Positions 1-5,362 of a stretch of 30,598 bases of DNA are shown one piece after another; positions within the stretch are counted from its first letter, which is position 1, and the number at the start of each line of letters is the position of its first letter. This DNA comes from Puniceicoccales bacterium (GTDB lineage Bacteria > Verrucomicrobiota > Verrucomicrobiia > Opitutales > JAIRKQ01). A program made the translations under genes and the position numbers. The notes beneath the pieces were generated by a model, which was not told the DNA's origin, did no database searches, and worked only from the letters and a program-made list of their open reading frames with translations. The stretch lies in contig JAITRI010000023.1 of the NCBI GenBank assembly GCA_031288455.1, positions 1 to 30,598 on the forward strand. Reading direction: 5' to 3'.

Positions 1-179
1 GCTATCTCACGCGCGAAGCAACCCGCATCCGCTGCGCGGTTGCGTGGGGTGCTGGGGCTGTGCCCCTGCCCGCCTTAGGCGAAAACAAAAGCTCCCGGCG
101 CCGTATTTTTAAAATGAAGTCCCCGCGCCAATGTTTTTAGTTCCCCGTGGCCTTTGTCTTTCTGGTTTCGTGGATTCCA
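1..179 (+). repeat. Intergenic double-hairpin element, copy A (core ~1-80) plus linker modules; may be cut by the window edge
   Basis: Core ctcacgcgcgaagc..ccgcatccgc-tgc-gcggttgcg..ggggc-tgt-gcccctgcccgcc matches copies at 180, 10203, 10457, 10594 and 21561. It is followed by two aagtcc/ggcgcc-T-rich sub-repeats (87-140). Confidence 0.9.
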
Positions 180-290
180 GCTATCTCACGCGCGAAGCAA
201 CCCGCATCCGCATCCGCTGCGCGGATGCGGGGGTCGCAGTGGCTGCGCCCCTGCCCGCCGGGGGCACTAAAGCGGCGCAGCGGGAATTTT
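180..290 (+). repeat. Double-hairpin element, copy B (direct tandem of A)
   Basis: gctatctcacgcgcgaagcaacccgcatcc restarts at 180 with a 6-bp internal duplication (gcatcc x2). Its tail aaagcggcgcagcgggaattttaa resembles the tail of copy D (10537-10561). Confidence 0.9.
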
Positions 291-447
291 AACAGAATTG
301 CACGGATGAAATCGCATCTCCAGTGGCAGTCTGTGTTCTGGACCATTTCCGTGGCAAATGCCGAAGAATGTGTGAGATTCCCAGAGGAAAGCCGCATCTG
401 CGGTGCGCCATCACATTTCATCCGAATTTATGAGGCACACCAAATGA

Positions 448-603
448 TCATTTGATGCCGTGGATCATTTCATTGACCGCATCGGACAGCATCGCAATCT
501 GTTCGCGTGTGCAATCTGACAAATTCTGCATCGATTCGCGTAAAACCTTCTGCGAAAAAACTGTCTCCGGAGCTTCGCTGTCACAATTATTTTTCATTGG
601 CAT
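448..603 (-). CDS. Small hypothetical ORF (51 aa) or fragment of a decayed gene
   Basis: Manual translation: MPMKNNCDSEAPETVFSQKVLRESMQNLSDCTREQIAMLSDAVNEMIHGIK*. It looks helical but has only a weak RBS and is below the track cutoff. Confidence 0.3.
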   Translation of the reverse strand: MPMKNNCDSEAPETVFSQKVLRESMQNLSDCTREQIAMLSDAVNEMIHGIK

Positions 604-640
604 ACTCGTGTGGTATTTATGCTAAAACGTGTGCTGCCGA

Positions 641-751
641 TTAGATGTACTGATTGCAGCGGTTTATGTGCTTCCCAATTGACATCTTCAATTGCTGCAC
701 CTGTTCGGGGTTCTTCCAATTTGCATCATTCTTTTGATTATTAGATTCCAT
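641..751 (-). CDS. Small hypothetical ORF (36 aa) or N-terminal fragment of a decayed gene
   Basis: Manual translation: MESNNQKNDANWKNPEQVQQLKMSIGKHINRCNQYI*. It is preceded by a Shine-Dalgarno-like AGGTGAAGGAATT-ATG. Confidence 0.4.
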   Translation of the reverse strand: MESNNQKNDANWKNPEQVQQLKMSIGKHINRCNQYI

Positions 752-901
752 AATTCCTTCACCTGTAGAAATCACTATCCTAATCTTGCCTCCGCGTCAA
801 GCTATTTTTTTATTTGCCATTGTTTTGGTGCTGAGATTTTTGGCCAATAGTTTATGTTTGCCAAATCGTGCGAAATGGCTAGCCTATGGCGCATCCATGG
901 A

Positions 902-1366
902 ATGAAAAAGCGCGTAATATTCGTTTGTTCCGGGAATACTTGCCGAAGCCCAATGGCGGAATATTTGCTGAAAGCGGCATTGCGCAGGGAAAGAATTAGC
1001 GGAAAATTCACAGTCTGTTCCGCTGGGACAATGGCAATTCCTGGAATGCCCGCCAGCGATTTGGCGGTGCAGGCGATGCAAAATTTTAACGCTAAAATTG
1101 TCAGGCACAGTTCCAGGAAAATCACACAGAGGCTGCTGAATTCGGCATTTGCAATTTTTTGCATGACGGATGCCCACAGAGAATTTTTGCTGTCAATCCA
1201 TAAAAAAATTAAAGGGAAATGTTTTTTGCTGAAGGAATTTTTGAACTGCTCCAATAAAAATGTTCAGGATCCATTTTTCGGCAGCATCGGAGATTACGAG
1301 CGCATCAGGGATGACATAAACTCTGCGATGGATTCAATCTTGAAATTTTTAAAAAATGACGGTTAA
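902..1366 (+). CDS. Low-molecular-weight protein phosphatase, YwlE-like (probable protein-arginine phosphatase)
   Basis: P-loop VFVCSGNTCRSPMAE (CX5R) and general-acid DPFFG. Start placed at MKKRVIF (ATG 902); the track ORF begins at 854. Overlaps rpiB. Confidence 0.88.
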   Translation: MKKRVIFVCSGNTCRSPMAEYLLKAALRRERISGKFTVCSAGTMAIPGMPASDLAVQAMQNFNAKIVRHSSRKITQRLLNSAFAIFCMTDAHREFLLSIHKKIKGKCFLLKEFLNCSNKNVQDPFFGSIGDYERIRDDINSAMDSILKFLKNDG

Positions 1367-1817
1367 GCTTAGCATTGGAAACGACCACGTTGGACATAGG
1401 CTGGCTTTATTTTTGATAAAGCGGCTGAAGGATAGCGGTGCCAATATTCTCTACTACGGCGCATTTTCCGATGACAAATCCGTCGACTATCCGGACTATG
1501 CGCAGCGCGTGGCCGATGACATCGCGGAGGCAAGGAGCGATTTCGGAATTTTGGTGTGCAGGAGCGGGATTGGCATGTGCATGGCGGCCAACAAGGTGCA
1601 CAATGTGCGCGCGGCAAATTGCTGGAATGTGGAAATTTCGCAACTGTCGCGGGAGCACAACGATGCCAATGTGCTGTGCATCGGTGCGGATTTCGTCAAA
1701 ATGGACATCGCCTGTGACATCGTGCACATCTTTCTGGAGACAAAATTCTCCGGCGGACGCCATCTGAAACGGATACGGAAAATGGCAGATTTGGAAACCC
1801 TCGCCAGAAATGCCTGA
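1356..1817 (+). CDS. rpiB: Ribose-5-phosphate isomerase B
   Basis: Motifs IGNDHVG, SVDYPDYA, GILVCRSGIGMCMAANK, SREHNDANVLCIG, GGRHLKRI. Confidence 0.95.
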   Translation: MTVKLSIGNDHVGHRLALFLIKRLKDSGANILYYGAFSDDKSVDYPDYAQRVADDIAEARSDFGILVCRSGIGMCMAANKVHNVRAANCWNVEISQLSREHNDANVLCIGADFVKMDIACDIVHIFLETKFSGGRHLKRIRKMADLETLARNA

Positions 1818-3246
1818 GACAAAAACAGAATTCATCGGCCGCCTCGGCGAGCTAAAAAAATCATTGGGTGTCCGACTGGATATTTTGGACAGCATACATC
1901 TGTTCAAAACAAGGCAAACCATCGCAAATTTGATGCTGTTTCTGAGCAGCTGCGGCGTAAAATTTCTGAATATTGGGTCCATATTCGCACGGCTCAACGG
2001 CAGGCAAATTTCATCGTTCGCGGTGGATGAAAACATTCTAACGGCGGCGCTTTTCGGAGAAAATTTCCCCCAGGAGGATGCCATTAATTTCACCGTGTCA
2101 TTTTTCAACGGACACAATACGCAGGCATCTAGGGTGGAGTTTTCGAAATTTTGCGACAAACACGACCATTGGATAGACAGCTATTCCATGTACCGCGCAC
2201 TCGTGGAGCAAATAGGAGCAAATGATTTTTCAAAGTGGCCGGAAATATTGAGGGTATGCATCCGCAGAAATGCGGATGTCATTAAAAGGCAGCTGTCGAG
2301 GGAAATATTGCGACACAAAATACTGCAATTTTTCGCGCGAAAGCAGTTGGCTCTAATAAAGAAACTTGCCAATGACGCTGGAATTTTCCTGTGCTGCGAC
2401 TGCGATGTGCTGTGCGATGTTCTGAGCGCCGACGTCTGGAGCACCCAAAAGTCATTTTTCGTCAACAGCATATCGCAGGCGACGGTGTTCACAGGATTTC
2501 CGCCCAGTGATGTGTGCCACGGTGGCATAAAAACCACGAAAGTTCCCTATAGGATTGGATATCTGAAGAATTCAAACTACGAGCTCTTTGGGCACATGTT
2601 TTCCAATTTGCAGAGCATGGCGGATGCGATATTTCTCGTGAATGGGCATTCCATTTTCCAATACTGGGAGATCGCGTGCACGGAAAATAATCCCAAATAC
2701 GGCCGTTGGGTAAACATGCCGACTGACGTGTTCTTCAAATACTTGGACCATCACTTCAATAATTTTCCGTATCTGTTCGATTTCAATGAACCGCTGCTGC
2801 CCAGTAACGAGGTAATCTCAAAGCGACACGGCATATTGCAAATGGTCATCAGCGGCGAACCAACTGCGCACAGCTGCGACGTGTACAACCTGAGCAGGAA
2901 ACTTTTCGCCATAGCGAGCCCGATGTGCAACAGAAAAGTGCCGCACGCCAATGGTTCATCGGCGGAAGTGAAGACGTGCCTGGATAATTTCCGCGGCGGA
3001 GAATACGTGCTGTGCGTTTTGCATTTTATGGAAATTTGCGGCATTGCAAAGTGCACGGAGGAAGCGGCAATCAGCAATCCAACGCTGCACGGAAGATCTG
3101 TGGGCTCCTTCGCCTGCGTAGAACGTCCCAAAGCGGAGGAGGCGCGGCGCGTGGATGTCACGCATGCCGTTGCCCGGCCCAATGGTGCCGATGGAAAACC
3201 CGCTTGGCGTAGGATCGTGAACGCCTTCCGCAACATCTTCAGGTGA
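1810..3246 (+). CDS. malQ: 4-alpha-glucanotransferase (GH77, MalQ)-like protein, strongly diverged, catalytic motifs degenerate
   Basis: Recognisable GH77 segments: HWIDSYSMYRAL, KWPEILR, KILQFF..QLALIKKLANDAGI, SADVW, TGFPP, QYWEI, YGRWVNMP. The RIDH, AEDLG and THDN motifs are not intact. Confidence 0.75.
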   Translation: MPETKTEFIGRLGELKKSLGVRLDILDSIHLFKTRQTIANLMLFLSSCGVKFLNIGSIFARLNGRQISSFAVDENILTAALFGENFPQEDAINFTVSFFNGHNTQASRVEFSKFCDKHDHWIDSYSMYRALVEQIGANDFSKWPEILRVCIRRNADVIKRQLSREILRHKILQFFARKQLALIKKLANDAGIFLCCDCDVLCDVLSADVWSTQKSFFVNSISQATVFTGFPPSDVCHGGIKTTKVPYRIGYLKNSNYELFGHMFSNLQSMADAIFLVNGHSIFQYWEIACTENNPKYGRWVNMPTDVFFKYLDHHFNNFPYLFDFNEPLLPSNEVISKRHGILQMVISGEPTAHSCDVYNLSRKLFAIASPMCNRKVPHANGSSAEVKTCLDNFRGGEYVLCVLHFMEICGIAKCTEEAAISNPTLHGRSVGSFACVERPKAEEARRVDVTHAVARPNGADGKPAWRRIVNAFRNIFR

Positions 3247-3315
3247 TGCCGAGGAGATGTGCGCGAGATTTCACATGAGAACCGTCGAATGCCGATGAAA
3301 TTTTTCTCTAAAAAC

Positions 3316-3381
3316 TTGACAAAATTATATTTAGACCGAGAGTCGACGCTTCTGGCTGTATATTTTGTAATTTAGAGGAGG
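3316..3381 (+). promoter_or_regulatory. Putative sigma70 -35 box and strong RBS for the OMP gene
   Basis: Perfect TTGACA at 3316-3321, though the matching -10 is poor. AGAGGAGG at 3374-3381 lies 4 nt before ATG 3386. Confidence 0.45.
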
Positions 3382-3385
3382 AAAA

Positions 3386-4171
3386 ATGAGAAAGCTAGCG
3401 GTGACCGTTGCGTGGTTACTTGGATTTGGAGTGTTGTGCGCTGATGGTGATCCCATCGTATTTGTGCCAAGTGCATCGCATCTAACCGTTTCATCGGATG
3501 TGAAATTTTCTTCGGCGCGCATGTATCGCGGGCGCCGGGAGATGTCAAAGGTGTGCGAATTCAAGGTCGAAATTAGTGAGCGAATTTCCGAGGAAATGCA
3601 CGTCTACGCTGGCCTCAATGCGGTTATGGAAATTAAATGTGGAACGGCGAATAATGCATCTCCCTACTGCGGCATAATATACAATTTTCTTGGCTGCTGC
3701 ACCGCTGATTTTGGATACATTCGACATTTCTACACATCGCTACCATCATGTGTGCGCCGCTGCACAAATGAAATTTACGTGGGCCTATGCGCAAATGTGC
3801 CGCTGTCTCCGTCTCTGTATTGCTTCTATGATTTTATCCGCGATGAATTTGCGGCGGAATGCAAGATCGGCCAAAGGTTTTGGTGGTCTGAGACGCGTTT
3901 GAATGGATTTAGCGTATACCTTGGCGCCGAGATAGGATGGGACAGGGCACAGCATCCGTTCGGGGTTTCCGATACCCTAAAAAAGGGAAGTGGATACTGC
4001 TACTACAGCGTGGATGCGGATTTGATATACGCATTCAGCGAAAATGCTAAGGCGAGCATTGGAGTGTTTTATGGTGGAAATTTATCCGGATCAAAATCAT
4101 GGGCGAATGGCGGCGGCCGTACGAAAAGGTCTAACACGTGGTTGACGGCGTCAGCCAACTGCTCATTCTAA
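3386..4171 (+). CDS. Outer-membrane beta-barrel protein, Gcw_chp/TIGR02001-like, Cys-rich
   Basis: Signal peptide MRKLAVTVAWLLGFGVLCA, S.RMYRG motif, alternating beta-strand pattern (DFGYIRHFY, NEIYVGL, PSLYCFYDF), C-terminal Phe, 13 Cys. Confidence 0.7.
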   Translation: MRKLAVTVAWLLGFGVLCADGDPIVFVPSASHLTVSSDVKFSSARMYRGRREMSKVCEFKVEISERISEEMHVYAGLNAVMEIKCGTANNASPYCGIIYNFLGCCTADFGYIRHFYTSLPSCVRRCTNEIYVGLCANVPLSPSLYCFYDFIRDEFAAECKIGQRFWWSETRLNGFSVYLGAEIGWDRAQHPFGVSDTLKKGSGYCYYSVDADLIYAFSENAKASIGVFYGGNLSGSKSWANGGGRTKRSNTWLTASANCSF

Positions 4172-4241
4172 TGGGAGCGCGTGTGATCTAAAATTTCACG
4201 AGAACTATTCCGCTGCATCCCAGTTAGCCGCTGCGGCGTCA

Positions 4242-4285
4242 GAAATTTCACGAGGTTTTGATAATTTCTATGCGTGTGAAATTTC
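4242..4285. terminator. Inverted repeat between convergent genes (possible bidirectional terminator)
   Basis: gaaatttcac (4242-4251) and gtgaaatttc (4276-4285) form a 10-bp IR. The loop is long (24 nt) and the stem is AT-rich. Confidence 0.3.
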
Positions 4286-4318
4286 CGTGGAATTTGGTCG
4301 CCTGGGCGCCAATCTCCA

Positions 4319-5299
4319 TCAGTCGTCGTTTATATCATAGATAAGTTTGCTATCCTGGCGTTCGGAAGGTTCTGTCAAATCTTTGATTGGATTTCGCACC
4401 TCCACCTCTTCGGCAATCTTACCTGCCTCATCTGGGACCTCCGCTTTCGCCGATGCTTGAATATTTTCCGTGTCCTGCTGGAACTTTTTCTGCTGCAAGT
4501 ATTTTATAGTTTTCCCGTGAGCAAATGGATAAAAATTCATTGGGGTGCAAACTTCTTCTATCAGCTGCGATGTGCCCCATTCGGTCGGTTTTATTATTCT
4601 TCCCTCGCGTTTCAGCTGGTAGGCATGGGCGATGAGTGCTCCGACTCTGTTTCTTGTCGCCTCTCTTTCGTCAGGGCCAATGCCACAATCCGCAAGCATA
4701 CTGTCGTATTCGGCGAGATTTATGTTGGTAATTACCGTGAACTGCCCCTCGTCCATTATGGGAGGCGGAACGAATTTTTTTATCAGCACGTCATCGAGCT
4801 CGTCTTTTGGCGTGCTAGCATTAGTTCCTAGAATCGATGGCATTGCATTGCCCTTTGGATCTGTCCACGTGATTCCGCCGGTGTATGGAATCCGTGAAAC
4901 TGCGAGTGATTTTTGCTGGTCGGAAGGTGGGAATGCTAGGTCGTTGTCAAATGCCTTTATTTCGATATCGCCGCCACCATTCGTCTGTTTAACTTTAATA
5001 TTTTCGCCGTGTCCATCGACCTGCCCAGTAATGACATGGTTGATCTGTATCCACGCTTCCTGGCGCCTAAATTCTCCATTTTTTCTAAGCTCCTCAATTT
5101 TTTGGTGGTCCATGTCGGACAGTGCCGTTCCTTCGACAAATTCAGAGCCAATGTACGTTTTGCCGTCTTTGTCCAAGGCTCCAAAGGATTTTACCATGAC
5201 ATTTTTAACGACAATGTCGCGACTTTTCCCGATCTCACCCAGCATATCCTGTGTCCTTGAGGTCGCAATGTTGTTCGCGTAGAAATTGATATTTCCCAC
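4319..5299 (-). CDS. C-terminal part of an atypical kinase-domain protein (PI3/PI4-kinase/HipA/CtkA-like fold); in frame with 5363..8356
   Basis: Motifs NNIATSRTQDMLG, hinge IGSEFVEG, catalytic-loop-like TGQVDGHGENI (cf. DRHxxN) and metal-binding-like AFDNDLAF (cf. IDHG/IDND). The frame is open from the TGA at 5363-5365 down to 4319. Confidence 0.7.
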   Translation of the reverse strand: MGNINFYANNIATSRTQDMLGEIGKSRDIVVKNVMVKSFGALDKDGKTYIGSEFVEGTALSDMDHQKIEELRKNGEFRRQEAWIQINHVITGQVDGHGENIKVKQTNGGGDIEIKAFDNDLAFPPSDQQKSLAVSRIPYTGGITWTDPKGNAMPSILGTNASTPKDELDDVLIKKFVPPPIMDEGQFTVITNINLAEYDSMLADCGIGPDEREATRNRVGALIAHAYQLKREGRIIKPTEWGTSQLIEEVCTPMNFYPFAHGKTIKYLQQKKFQQDTENIQASAKAEVPDEAGKIAEEVEVRNPIKDLTEPSERQDSKLIYDINDD

Positions 5300-5332
5300 A
5301 CGCTCAGCTGATACAGTCGACCGTAAAAGTGT

Positions 5333-5351
5333 AGGACCAGATCCTGGTCCT
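5333..5351 (-). other. Perfect RNA hairpin 11 nt 3' of the in-frame UGA
   Basis: mRNA reads UGA GUACAAAUAAC AGGACCAG-GAU-CUGGUCCU ACACUUUU: an 8-bp stem with a 3-nt loop. Confidence 0.6.
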
Positions 5352-5362
5352 GTTATTTGTAC

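Noticed and set aside
137-455. Track ORFs 137..421 and 147..455, and similarly 9971..10285, 10137..10376, 10491..11099, 10580..10873, 21503..21745, 21526..21723
   Set aside because: They run through the GC-rich repeat elements. The shared peptides (AIRIRFADA, PCPPEA) are translations of the DNA repeat, not evidence of a protein family.
752-901. Riboswitch, tRNA or other ncRNA in intergenic regions (also 11622-11773 and 16007-16155)
   Set aside because: No cloverleaf, T-loop or recognisable riboswitch core was found; the regions look like AT-rich divergent promoters.
4191-4254. Repeated AAATTTCAC(GAG) motif (also near 3267 and 8948) as a regulator site
   Set aside because: AAATTT-type words are visibly abundant throughout coding sequence in this window, so recurrence is expected from composition.
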